From assembly GCA_965249135.1 (NCBI GenBank), contig OZ252220.1, forward strand, positions 960,001 through 1,024,000: a stretch of DNA of 64,000 bases. The letters are read 5' to 3'. This stretch comes from Alphaproteobacteria bacterium. Lineage in GTDB: Bacteria; Pseudomonadota; Alphaproteobacteria; GCA-2746255. Positions 53,547 through 63,337 of this stretch are shown here, in pieces. The notes beneath the pieces were generated by a model. That model made no database searches, was not told where the DNA came from, and was given only the letters and a program-made list of their open reading frames with translations. The first letter of the stretch is position 1, and every line of letters begins with the position of its first letter. The translations under genes were made by a program, and so were the position numbers.

Positions 53547-54059
53547 TCACGGATTTGTATTTATGGCCTCTTTCCAATGATCATCCAACTGGAATTGAGT
53601 CGCTGTCATTGCGGATTCATCAACCAGGTCAAGCTCTTCAAGGGTTTCAAGTATTAGGTCGCGCAGTAACTCTAACTCTTCGTCTGTTGCAAGACATGCA
53701 AAGAAAATAATTCGCAGAAGCTTTTCCGCATCACCGGGAATTTCGCACTGGCCTTTTTCCCACCGCGCAATTGATTGCGGATTGTTACCTAGACGTCCGG
53801 CCAATGCGCTTTGTGTAAGGTCTAAAGTATTCCGCAGAAATTTGACATCCTTACCTGTTAAACCTTTTCGCTTTGAAACAATGTGACGTCCAATCGCCAT
53901 ATGGAGTTCATCTACATTGCGGACAAAGACGTGGCGTTCCCCTTCATGCTTCTTAACATCATACCCATTCAGCAAATAGATGCCGTCCAGACCACACGCT
54001 TTGTAATGGTATGGCTCACTGCGGACTTCTTCCCCTATTCTGAAAAAATGATCGCTCAT
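53547..54059 (-). CDS. HTH (MqsA/HigA-like) antitoxin-type regulator
   Basis: PYHY--CGLD-IYL-NGY; L-G-DVKFLR--L-LTQ--LA--LG---QSIARWEKG. Confidence 0.75.
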   Translation of the reverse strand: MSDHFFRIGEEVRSEPYHYKACGLDGIYLLNGYDVKKHEGERHVFVRNVDELHMAIGRHIVSKRKGLTGKDVKFLRNTLDLTQSALAGRLGNNPQSIARWEKGQCEIPGDAEKLLRIIFFACLATDEELELLRDLILETLEELDLVDESAMTATQFQLDDHWKEAINTNP

Positions 54060-54137
54060 GAGTCTTCCCATTCCACTGTCTTAATATAAGGGGATTATAT
54101 ACGAAAGTCACATTTTACCGATAAAGAGGATGGCCGG

Positions 54138-54248
54138 TGCATCTGCAACAGAAAAGGTGTCATTTAAGTCACGATTTCGCCACATCTCTGGCAGTTCAGC
54201 GGTGGCTCTTTCCCGGTGCTTTCTTGCTCATGATCCGTCCTCTTGTAA
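54138..54248 (+). repeat. 111-bp direct repeat, copy 2
   Basis: Matches 52756-52866. Confidence 0.9.
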
Positions 54249-54733
54249 CGCGTTATTTGCGCACCCTTGTAGCCTTCGCTTAGGTCCGCTAGATCATTGT
54301 CGGGGGCCCTGCCTAATTCATAACGCGCAGGCGCATCGCTGTTCTTTTGCTTCGCCATAATCGCATCATAGTGCTGATGTACATCAATGTACATTGATGC
54401 GCTTGCTGCCTAATGGGGAGTTAAGTATATAATTCCCAAATCAAAGACACCCATGTTGTCAGACGCCAAAATGCGAAGACGCACTTGCGGACGGACCGCG
54501 ATGGCAGGAAAAGCAACAACCTCGATTACATGGCTGGCGGCGGCTAAAGCCAGTAGGTGAAGCGCGGCTTCATAACGCGTTCATTCCTGTAATCGTCGAG
54601 ATTCCGGTACAGGTTGGCCGTTATGGAGCCGTCTTCATCGTCCCGGAATATTTCGCTCGCGATATAAATTTTATCGTCCAAGACGACGAGATAATCATAG
54701 TTTCTCAGCATCATCGCGGTGCTTCGTTTGCGC

Positions 54734-55255
54734 TTAGGCTTTTTTTGCGGCTTCGGTGAGGGCATCGGTTTTTTGCTTCGAGCCGGCCGAAGATCCGAAA
54801 TAGTAGCCGACCACGTCCTTGACCATCCAGCCAAGCGCGCCAAGCAAGACCAAGAACGGCTTCTCTACTCCGGCAGGCAGCGGAATGAATACCAAAGTGA
54901 ACATGATCCCGAAGAAGCCGGCGATGATCATCGTCCCCATGGCGGCCGGCGTCCGGTCCTTGACTTTTATTTCACGCCTGCGGGCGCTGTCGCGGTCCTT
55001 CATGGCAATCTCTTCGAGCTTGACGCCGGCGTTCTTCATCTCGATGGCAAACTTGTGATCGGCCTCTCGGATCTTGAGCGCGATCTCCGGGCCGCCGCTC
55101 TGGATGGCTGCCGCAAGATCATCCTCGCTTGCGTTCTCATCGCCGAGGAGTTCCCTGGCCAAGGTCTTGACCGCCATACCAGCAAGCGGGCCTCCGAAGA
55201 CTGTCGCGATACCTGGCGCGATTTCGCCAACAATCGACTTCCAATCGAAATCCAT
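54734..55255 (-). CDS. Phage holin-like membrane protein
   Basis: AP-IAT--GGPLAG-A, DRDSAR-RE, two C-terminal TMs, YYFGSS-GSK-K; next to lysozyme. Confidence 0.8.
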   Translation of the reverse strand: MDFDWKSIVGEIAPGIATVFGGPLAGMAVKTLARELLGDENASEDDLAAAIQSGGPEIALKIREADHKFAIEMKNAGVKLEEIAMKDRDSARRREIKVKDRTPAAMGTMIIAGFFGIMFTLVFIPLPAGVEKPFLVLLGALGWMVKDVVGYYFGSSAGSKQKTDALTEAAKKA

Positions 55256-55258
55256 TTC

Positions 55259-55669
55259 CTAACCCTCCAGGATTAGACCGGCGGCGCGCGTGGCGCGTTC
55301 GCCGACCTGTACGGCCCAGCGGCTGTTAAGCGCCTCCGCCGCTGCGTCTTCGAAATCTCCCAGCTCCATGGCGCCAAGCATCTTCTTGAACTGAGACAAG
55401 CGGGGCCAGCCAAGGTTGAGGCACATGTTCCTGAGCGCCCGCTGCCGCGGTTCGCTCATTTTCGTCCACCAGGGGACGTTCCCGTTCAGGTTGCGCCGTA
55501 CTTCTTCGAGATCGTTCCCGAGCAAGACCAGCGCTTCTGCTTCGGTGATCCCCCTGTCGTCCAGGTTCCTGCCGATGCCGATGGTGAGCTTGCCGGCCGT
55601 GTCCCGGTAAGGATGCAGCCGAAGCCCTTCGTCACGGATGAGGTCTTTGACGATTTCTTCCATCGTCAA
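55259..55669 (-). CDS. Phage lysozyme (GH24, T4-like) endolysin
   Basis: DEGLRL-PY-DT-GKLTIGIGRNL, NM--NLG, F-KM, S-WA-QVG-RA. Confidence 0.9.
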   Translation of the reverse strand: MTMEEIVKDLIRDEGLRLHPYRDTAGKLTIGIGRNLDDRGITEAEALVLLGNDLEEVRRNLNGNVPWWTKMSEPRQRALRNMCLNLGWPRLSQFKKMLGAMELGDFEDAAAEALNSRWAVQVGERATRAAGLILEG

Positions 55670-56016
55670 AACCCCTTAAGCATCGCTGCCATGACCGGGT
55701 GGAGGAGCGGGACAAGATGGGTAGTTCCCATATCCAGCATCAAGACCACCAGGATCCCGTAGACGGCGGCTTTAAGTGATCTGTTGGATTTTGAGTTGTC
55801 CGCCAACGTGGCGAAGATCGAGCGCAGGATGAGAACCAAGGCGTTATAGCGATCCGTGCAGCGGGACGCATGCAGCGCAGGGTCGTCTATCTCGCGCGGG
55901 TCGAACTTGAGCGCCTCAAAATAATCGGCCTCACTGTGGTCATGGGGCGCCATGGGTTCACGGCCCTCCTGGGGTGCGTTGAGACCAGCGTTCCTTAAGC
56001 CTTTGGCCATAATCAC
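55666..56016 (-). CDS. Phage hypothetical protein with C-terminal TM
   Basis: Overlaps lysozyme start; hydrophobic C-terminus; start uncertain. Confidence 0.5.
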   Translation of the reverse strand: MIMAKGLRNAGLNAPQEGREPMAPHDHSEADYFEALKFDPREIDDPALHASRCTDRYNALVLILRSIFATLADNSKSNRSLKAAVYGILVVLMLDMGTTHLVPLLHPVMAAMLKGF

Positions 56017-56104
56017 GTCTCATCCTTTTCTCAGCCATTGCGCGCCTCCTTGGGGTGTGTAGTGGTTAGGCCCTGGTCCTTGTTCACGCAGGGACCGGGG
56101 CTGC

Positions 56105-58591
56105 CTAGGTGCTAAAGCCTGTGATCCCCTTAAACAGCCTGATCGTGTCTTCCCCAAGATCCTTCTGTGACTCAGTATCCGAAATTATGGTGCCCAAAGC
56201 TGCGCCCATCGCCTTGATCTTAATGAAGTCCACAGGATCCTTCCGTCCTTTGCCCAGCAGGATTTTTTGTACGCTTTGCATAGTGAACATGCGCCCTACT
56301 CCGATATTTTCAGCGACGGTAATGAGGCCTTCAAGGCCACCACCGCGTAGGGTGGCAACGGCGCTTGCTCGCTGCAGTGATGTGCCGGCATCGGCACCGA
56401 CGCGCGAGAAGTCCTGAACGATTTCTGCGCTTTTCAGGATTCGAACATCCCCGAAGTCGAGGAACTTCAGAAGCCCGCGCTCTCCGAAGTCGGTAAGCGT
56501 TGATTGAAGCTTGTTGAAGTCCAGAACTTCCACGCCTCTGTTATCCACCTTTGACCGCCGCCAGATTTCATCAATGATCGCAGCCCTGCTCGATCTCCCG
56601 AACGGGGATTTCTTGCCGCCGTTCTTGGTGACGAGATCGAAGAACGCATTTATGCGGGCCGTATCGTTGGTGTCGAAGATGTCCCGGATAAAGCCCCGCG
56701 TTTGCCTTTGCTGCCGCATCGCATTCTGAACGCCGCTCGAGAATAGCCTGTCAATCTTAACGCCAGCTTGGCGCATGGCGGCCTGCTCATTGGCAGACAT
56801 CAGGACATTCAGTGTCTTTGAATCAAATTCGGCGAGTCGCTTTGTGATATTCCCAGGATCCGAGAAGAGATCGTTCTTGAAAGCATCCGTGAACTGCCTG
56901 AATTCCTTATCTGGGATGATCTTCTTAAGAACGACGAGATCGTCGATCTTGCCAGGTTTGGCCAGTTTACGCGCCATCGCTGTCGGCGTCTCGCTTCTGA
57001 CCACATCAATGACGGCCAGCTTCTCGCGAGTTTCGAATCGCTTCGCCGCCGACGTTCGTGCCGCCTTCCAAGCATTCCGGAATTCAGGACTCGCATTGGC
57101 AGGATCGTCCAAAACACCCTTGATCAGACCCTTCACCCTTGCGGCAACCGCTTGTGCCTCACGTGGCCCTTCCGGGCCTGCAAGGGTCAAATCATGAAGG
57201 CGTTTTTCCAGAGCACGAAGCTGTTCGGTTGGACCGACGACACGACCATTTTCCAGAGTCACGGAAGGCAGGTTTGGATCCAACTTGTCAATATCGTCGA
57301 TGACGCGAAGAAGCTCCGGGTCGAGATCATTGAGCGTGATTCGACTGCCTTCCTCAGTTTGACCGACAACACCCTGCTTGATGTCGTCTAGGTTTTTCTT
57401 CAGACCGACGATCTTGAAGCGTGGTTCCTGCACACTCCTAGCCGTCGCATAAAGAGTGTCGACGTCATTTCCTGACGTCTTCCACCATGCCTGAACGCCT
57501 TTTTGAAGCGCCCGGCCGCCTTTCCGGAAGCTGGAGGCCGCCGTTCTGGTTTGCTGCACTGCAAGATCAACAATGTCGTCTTTCGCCCGATTGAAGGCTT
57601 TGACCGTATCGGTAACGAAACGACGCCTGAGCGTGTTGTTGGTGAGGCCCTTCACGGCCTTGGCGGTGCGTGCTTCCTGATCCGCGATATATCGGCTAAT
57701 TCGCGTGGATAGCGCCCTAGATTGGCTTCCAAGAGCACCAATGATAGGCACGTCGGATGCTTGATTCGGGAGAAGCGATCGTGTGCCGAGTCGTTCTGCA
57801 GAGCGCATCGCACGTTGAGCGCCAGGTAGGGTTTGGAGAACCCCAGCCTGCCGAACCACGTTTATGCCGCCGGCAACGCCTGCGCCAAGGGTGAACCCGA
57901 TGAGCGACTGGCCACTAGCACCGACGATTTCCTCGAGTTGTTCCCCACCCGTCTCCCTCTGGGTCCCCTTGATGGTCTGGGCGGTCTGCTGCAGGGCCTC
58001 CCCAGTGGCGCCGCCACCCCCCACTCGGAGGAGGTCGGACAAAAACTGCTTAGCCCCAGGCTTTCGAAATGCGAAAAGAACAGCGACTTCTCCGACGACA
58101 TTCGGGATTTCTCCAGCGACGTCGGCTACGTCGCCTAGCACTTCCTTGCCCGCGTCGGTCAGGCTAAAGCCGAAGAGTTCGGTAAAACCAGCGTCGACTT
58201 TCCTGAATTTCTCGCTCGGATTGTTCCGATAGATGACGAGTCCTGACACAGGGACTTTGATGAGCTCGCCCTTTGGATTGAAGGATTCGAAGGCCGCTTT
58301 CTGTTCTTCAAAGGTATCCCCAAACAGGCTAAGTAGGGCTCTTGTACCAACGCCAGCGCCTGGCTTACCCAAACTTTCCTGACCTACGAAGGTTGCGGCA
58401 AACTGCTCAGGCGAGATGTTTTTCTCACGCATCTCGAGCCTAGCCATCGCTTCATTGACGTCGCTGTCTTGGCCAGCGGCTTCAATGCCTTGTTTGCGCC
58501 CAAGGCGCTCCATGGCGTCATCAATTAAGGCTTCATTCGCCAACTTTTGCACCCGCCTGAATGAGAAGTTTGCGAAGTCGCCTTGCCTCAA
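56105..58591 (-). CDS. Large phage protein, probable DNA-ejection/internal virion protein
   Basis: About 820 aa, Gly/Ala-rich hydrophobic patches, third of three genes after the GNAT-like gene; true start may be TTG 58543. Confidence 0.55.
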   Translation of the reverse strand: MRQGDFANFSFRRVQKLANEALIDDAMERLGRKQGIEAAGQDSDVNEAMARLEMREKNISPEQFAATFVGQESLGKPGAGVGTRALLSLFGDTFEEQKAAFESFNPKGELIKVPVSGLVIYRNNPSEKFRKVDAGFTELFGFSLTDAGKEVLGDVADVAGEIPNVVGEVAVLFAFRKPGAKQFLSDLLRVGGGGATGEALQQTAQTIKGTQRETGGEQLEEIVGASGQSLIGFTLGAGVAGGINVVRQAGVLQTLPGAQRAMRSAERLGTRSLLPNQASDVPIIGALGSQSRALSTRISRYIADQEARTAKAVKGLTNNTLRRRFVTDTVKAFNRAKDDIVDLAVQQTRTAASSFRKGGRALQKGVQAWWKTSGNDVDTLYATARSVQEPRFKIVGLKKNLDDIKQGVVGQTEEGSRITLNDLDPELLRVIDDIDKLDPNLPSVTLENGRVVGPTEQLRALEKRLHDLTLAGPEGPREAQAVAARVKGLIKGVLDDPANASPEFRNAWKAARTSAAKRFETREKLAVIDVVRSETPTAMARKLAKPGKIDDLVVLKKIIPDKEFRQFTDAFKNDLFSDPGNITKRLAEFDSKTLNVLMSANEQAAMRQAGVKIDRLFSSGVQNAMRQQRQTRGFIRDIFDTNDTARINAFFDLVTKNGGKKSPFGRSSRAAIIDEIWRRSKVDNRGVEVLDFNKLQSTLTDFGERGLLKFLDFGDVRILKSAEIVQDFSRVGADAGTSLQRASAVATLRGGGLEGLITVAENIGVGRMFTMQSVQKILLGKGRKDPVDFIKIKAMGAALGTIISDTESQKDLGEDTIRLFKGITGFST

Positions 58592-60218
58592 ACACCGTAT
58601 CGGCAGCCTCGGCCGGGGTGAGGCCGAATCCGATCAGTTCGGATACCATCTCCCTTTGGCCATCCTGCTTATCAAGATCGAGCCTGATTGGCGCGCCTGC
58701 TTCACGCAACTCGCGTTCCTCAGCCAGCACCGCCAACTGGACGCCGACGCCAAGGGCTGCACGGATCTGCTCGAAACTCGCCTCGCCCTCAAGTAGCTGC
58801 AAGGCCTTCTCGGCAAGGGCGCGTTCCGGTTCGGAGAAGCGACCTGATTCTTCACCGCTGAATTCCGTGATGGATGACCCGATGACGGATCGTGCCTTGC
58901 TTCGGATGTTCTGAAGCTGGTCTTGATCAACGCCCGCCACAAACTGTGAAAAACCCTCACCTAGTCCTCTATTAAGCTGAGACAGAAGCCCAGCGCCGAA
59001 AGAGGCAACGCCACCACGGAAACCGGCCGCCCCAGGACCGGCACGCTGGAAGTCGTCGAGAAGATCGGCAAAGCTGCTGATGCGCGCAGCTGCCGCCCTA
59101 GCTTTCCTGCCTGCTTCTGCCCTAAATCTTCCGGTCGTCCTCGCTTCGGTTTTGTTCGCTTCCGCCTCCAGATCCTGTTCTGTCCGGCCAGTGATCGTTA
59201 TGAGCCTTGCTTTTCTGTCCTCAAATTCCTTTTCTGTGATCTTGCCAGCCTCGAAGTCATCTCTGAGTTTGGCGAAGTCGGTCTTCGGTTCGCCCTCTTT
59301 GGCAGAAATCTTGCCGGCTTCTTCGGCCTCCGCCGTCTTCGCCTTCTCCAGAATGGTCGTCGGAATGATGTTAAGTGCATCTTGCAGATCAACTTGCCGC
59401 CTGATCGTGCCGATCTCACTCTTTGAAAAACCCACATTCTCAGGTATCTGACTATTCAGACTCTCGAATTCAGCCATGGTCATCTGTGGCATTTGTTCTG
59501 GGCCGATGCTGTTGGCCTGAAGAATCTGCTGAACGCCCCTAATATTGGCGATAATTTGCGGGCGGTTGAAGTCGTCTTCGAAGGCGAACACGCTCTCTAA
59601 ATAATCCTTGTCGGCGAGCACTTCTGCAGCGCTGTCAGCACCGCCCCCTAAGAGACGAATCCTAGACATCACCATGCGCTTAGACGCATCGCTTAAATCT
59701 GCAAGATTTGGCGCCGCCTGCGCGAAATCGTCTGCGTTAAAATCCTCCCAGACGAAGACGCTGAAATCGAATCCTGGTGCCACATTCTTGAACGCCTCGG
59801 TGAATTGTGTGGCAATCACTTCTCGCTTATCAGCGGGTGTGGTCTTCAAGATGGATTGTATTTTGACGATTCCATCGAAGACAGCCGATGCCTTACGAAT
59901 TTCCAACTCTTCTGCGGCAAGCGCTTCTTGGCGCAATATATCTGTCGGCAATTGCTTCCCCCGGAAGCCGTCAGCCGCATTGCTGATGATCAGACCAAGT
60001 GCGGCTATCGGATTCTCCGAAAATTTCGGAAACGGGGATGCCGGTTCTTGGGCTGGGGGTGAGGCTTGGATCATTAAGGGCGTCGGCGCTGCCGCCGCTC
60101 CAGCGGCGCCAGGGATTGCGGATGCTGGCGATCCCACGGATTGCAGATTTCTTTGCGCCGCCCGGTTTTCGGGGAGCGACCCTTTGAGCCCCGTAAGCGC
60201 TCCGACTGGCAATACCAT
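58533..60218 (-). CDS. Probable phage ejection protein
   Basis: 561 aa helical protein; position in module. Confidence 0.5.
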   Translation of the reverse strand: MVLPVGALTGLKGSLPENRAAQRNLQSVGSPASAIPGAAGAAAAPTPLMIQASPPAQEPASPFPKFSENPIAALGLIISNAADGFRGKQLPTDILRQEALAAEELEIRKASAVFDGIVKIQSILKTTPADKREVIATQFTEAFKNVAPGFDFSVFVWEDFNADDFAQAAPNLADLSDASKRMVMSRIRLLGGGADSAAEVLADKDYLESVFAFEDDFNRPQIIANIRGVQQILQANSIGPEQMPQMTMAEFESLNSQIPENVGFSKSEIGTIRRQVDLQDALNIIPTTILEKAKTAEAEEAGKISAKEGEPKTDFAKLRDDFEAGKITEKEFEDRKARLITITGRTEQDLEAEANKTEARTTGRFRAEAGRKARAAAARISSFADLLDDFQRAGPGAAGFRGGVASFGAGLLSQLNRGLGEGFSQFVAGVDQDQLQNIRSKARSVIGSSITEFSGEESGRFSEPERALAEKALQLLEGEASFEQIRAALGVGVQLAVLAEERELREAGAPIRLDLDKQDGQREMVSELIGFGLTPAEAADTVFEARRLRKLLIQAGAKVGE

Positions 60219-60229
60219 TGGCCTTCCCC

Positions 60230-61054
60230 TTAAATGACGGCCCCGAGGCCGGTTAAGAAGCCACCGATGCCACCTGCGATCTCACCGAAGCCTGGGCTTG
60301 TGGTCGTCGTCGTCTGCCTGCCGCGCAAGCCAGCCAGCGCCGAGATTGCCTGGGATGGATTCCCAGGGATGCCAGTGGCAAGCCCAAGCCCAAGCCGACC
60401 CTGGGAATTTGTTAGGTTTAGGCGGTTGATGAATGCGGCATCGCGGAGTTGCTGGTTGAACTCCTGAACGGATTGCGACAGGCCTTGTTGAAACTGCGCC
60501 TGTGCCCCCAAGACTTGCTGTGTGGCAAGCGGGAAATCCAGTTCCGCCTGCGCCTGCGCCGTGCGAAGCCCGCTCGATAGTTGACCAAACTGACGTGTCG
60601 CCTCCGTGCCGATTAACGAGGCACGATCAAGGATCGGGCTATCACTCGGACGTAGCCCAAAGGACGTCGAAAGCTCCTCTCTAAGCCTTCTGGTGGTATC
60701 CGTAGTGAACCGCTCGATGTCCGTCTCACCACTTGCCAAAGCGCCCTCCGTCGCCTCATTGATCAACCTCTTTTGTTCTTCTGTGGCTGCCCCACCGCGC
60801 CGAATTGCTTCCAACTGCAGCTGAAGAAGCTCCTCTTCAAACGCCTCAAATTTTGCAGCCCTTTCCTGTTGCCTCACAAGCTCGGCTTCCTGCGCCTCAA
60901 CCAGCGGAGCAAACTGTTCGAATGCTTTTTGCTGAAGTGCGCTCTGCCTTTGAATCTCGGCAATCTGAAGATCCGCAAGCTTAATCTGCCTCTCTTGAAG
61001 TGCGAGTTCCTGTGACGTCGGAGGCGGTACGGATACCGATGTTTTGCCGCTCAT
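60230..61054 (-). CDS. Probable phage ejection (DNA transfer) protein
   Basis: Gln/Ala coiled coil with TTTTT-PG--IAGGIGG C-terminal tail. Confidence 0.55.
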   Translation of the reverse strand: MSGKTSVSVPPPTSQELALQERQIKLADLQIAEIQRQSALQQKAFEQFAPLVEAQEAELVRQQERAAKFEAFEEELLQLQLEAIRRGGAATEEQKRLINEATEGALASGETDIERFTTDTTRRLREELSTSFGLRPSDSPILDRASLIGTEATRQFGQLSSGLRTAQAQAELDFPLATQQVLGAQAQFQQGLSQSVQEFNQQLRDAAFINRLNLTNSQGRLGLGLATGIPGNPSQAISALAGLRGRQTTTTTSPGFGEIAGGIGGFLTGLGAVI

Positions 61055-61464
61055 GCCGCCCTCCTTCCTTGAAATACGATCATGTTTCCTGAGCCGTCTA
61101 CCTTGGCACCGCGCTTCTTCAATAATCTCTTGTAGGATTTATGTTCGAACGGCACAAATCCAGTGATAGGCCAGCACCCGCCAAGACGAAGAGTGCCGAT
61201 GCCCTGCTCGAGAAGCGCACGCATGACTCTGCCTCGAGCATGGGAATTGAGCGTGGTATCGAATATAAGCATCTCCAGGCGCCCCATCGGCTTGCTGGGA
61301 ATCACCTGAATGGCCCCGACGATCTTTTCATTTTCCTTCGCTACTAGCCACCAAGGCGCAACGTTCGACCAATCGACGTATTCTGGGTTGAACCCGTTTG
61401 GCTCGGCAAGTTTACCGATCTCAGGGCCCTCCTCATTCGTCGCCAGGTCGATAATCAGGTTCAT
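61051..61464 (-). CDS. Phage GNAT-like protein
   Basis: WLVA-E---IVG-I, ARG-V---L; usual position before ejection genes. Confidence 0.5.
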   Translation of the reverse strand: MNLIIDLATNEEGPEIGKLAEPNGFNPEYVDWSNVAPWWLVAKENEKIVGAIQVIPSKPMGRLEMLIFDTTLNSHARGRVMRALLEQGIGTLRLGGCWPITGFVPFEHKSYKRLLKKRGAKVDGSGNMIVFQGRRAA

Positions 61465-61472
61465 CTCTTCTC

Positions 61473-62039
61473 CTACGCAAGAATCGGCGTGTCGATGTTC
61501 TGGTCTGGTGTAAATCCCGGCGCTCCGTTGAGGCTTCCCGTCTTTGTGAAGAGAACGACGATATAGACTTTATCTGTCAACAGCGCTGCCACCGCAGACC
61601 CGGTTACGTTGATTGTCTTCACGCCCTCGTTACCACTATCTACGGAGACGCTGAGGCCAGTTGATGACCCAACGGTTTCCTGGCTAGAGCACGCGCTATT
61701 GAAGCGGCATACATACACCGCCGAGATTGTGCATCCCATAAACAGAGATCCGGTAGTCAGGTTCATTCTGACGGCGTAGGTACCTGCCTGCCAAGTGTTT
61801 GCACTTGGTGCGATCTCGAACATCAAACCAGCCTGCGTTGAGTTTGGGGAAATCGTTATGCCAACTTCAGTGCTACCAGCCGCCGCCCCTTTCGTTGCCA
61901 ACTTTCCTTGCGGACTCGAGGCTATAGTCCCTCCTGAGCACCCAACGGCCGTGCCGCAGACCGCATTCGTATCCGTCTGCCGCGCAATATGGCCCGTGCC
62001 GCTGCTGAATGTTGCTATCATGCGATCAGAAGATGGCAT
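61473..62039 (-). CDS. Phage hypothetical beta-rich protein
   Basis: Gly/Ser/Thr-rich; follows tail fibre. Confidence 0.5.
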   Translation of the reverse strand: MPSSDRMIATFSSGTGHIARQTDTNAVCGTAVGCSGGTIASSPQGKLATKGAAAGSTEVGITISPNSTQAGLMFEIAPSANTWQAGTYAVRMNLTTGSLFMGCTISAVYVCRFNSACSSQETVGSSTGLSVSVDSGNEGVKTINVTGSAVAALLTDKVYIVVLFTKTGSLNGAPGFTPDQNIDTPILA

Positions 62040-63337
62040 TATTTCGAATCCAATCTAAATCCACCATGCCAAATCGTTCCACCGTCCGTCGTGCTGAACA
62101 CTAGAATGTCAACACCTGAAGATGTAAGCGTTGGGGCTACACCCGCTGGCCAATCTACGCTGGCAGGCCAGTTCACCGTTTGTGATCCGCCATTTGTTAG
62201 ATAGAGTGTGAAGCTACCTGATACGCCAGAAGCCGGAGGATTTGAGAACGTGAAAGTGTTGGCCGACGTATCCACCGTCGCCGTCACGACATTTCCTAGT
62301 GTCAGATCGATGTCCTGGGTGCCACCGCCCGTCGCTCCGATCGCGTTCACCGTTTCGCCGTAATTCTCAAGCACTGGCCTGTTAAGGATTTGGTCAACCA
62401 TCGACACTTTGCCATCGAAGCGGGATTCACCGGCGCCGATCCAAAGTGCGTAGTTATTGGTGCCACCTTCCGTGGGTGCTGCTGGAATATAAAGCGTTGC
62501 TGCAGAAGTGATAGTGCCGGTTGCAGTGAAGTTTGGCTCATCCACGCGAAGACCAGCCGCAATCGCCGTCGTGCCTGCCGGAATAGTGAGCGCATTGCTT
62601 GCGGAAACCTGAAGGCGTGCGACATTCGTGTTTGCTGAAGCAGAGACCGCACGCGAATCCAGCGTGACGATGCCGGATGAATTCGTGGAATCAAGACCAA
62701 GCAAAATCTCATCCGTGCCACCAATTCGAATATCGATACGATCATCAGAATCGGCCGTAATTGACGTGTCGGCATCTGCGTCGAGAATGAGTTCGTTCCC
62801 GTTCACATCGATCTTGCCTCCGAAGAGGGAATTGCCCGCGGCGATTAAGAGCGCGTAGTTATTCGTGCCTTCCGACGGCGCCGCCTCGATGTAAAGCGCG
62901 GCTGCGTCCGTGACCGTTCCAGTGGCCGTTAGATTCGGCTCCTCGAGATAGAGAGACGCGGCCACTGCCGTCGTCCCAGCTGGCACGGTGATGGCGTTCG
63001 TATTACCGACCCGAAGACGCCCGAAGTCCGTAGAAGCCGTAACCGACTTGGCGCCAGGATCGATGTGAACGAAAGCCCCAGTGTTGCCGGAAGCGTGGCC
63101 AAAATGTATTCCGTCAGCGCCACCGATCTTAAAGTCAATACGATCGTCCGTATTGGCTGCAATGGAAGTATCCGCGTCACCGTCAAGAATCAGTTCAAAA
63201 GCGTCCATATCCTTGGCTCTGGTGGCTGGCCAGCCAATATAATCACCATTGTTCAAGATGTTGTTGAACTCGGCATTCAGATCGGAGGCGGTTAGAGCTT
63301 CGCCAGCAGACCATGTTTTGCTTCTTGAGACGGCCAT
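62039..63337 (-). CDS. Phage tail fibre-like protein
   Basis: N-terminal W-AGE-LTA-DLNAEFNNI anchor, duplicated ELILD-DADTSI-A--DDRID module, C-terminal WP-G-APTLT--GVD-L-F-T-DGG--W-G. Confidence 0.7.
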   Translation of the reverse strand: MAVSRSKTWSAGEALTASDLNAEFNNILNNGDYIGWPATRAKDMDAFELILDGDADTSIAANTDDRIDFKIGGADGIHFGHASGNTGAFVHIDPGAKSVTASTDFGRLRVGNTNAITVPAGTTAVAASLYLEEPNLTATGTVTDAAALYIEAAPSEGTNNYALLIAAGNSLFGGKIDVNGNELILDADADTSITADSDDRIDIRIGGTDEILLGLDSTNSSGIVTLDSRAVSASANTNVARLQVSASNALTIPAGTTAIAAGLRVDEPNFTATGTITSAATLYIPAAPTEGGTNNYALWIGAGESRFDGKVSMVDQILNRPVLENYGETVNAIGATGGGTQDIDLTLGNVVTATVDTSANTFTFSNPPASGVSGSFTLYLTNGGSQTVNWPASVDWPAGVAPTLTSSGVDILVFSTTDGGTIWHGGFRLDSK

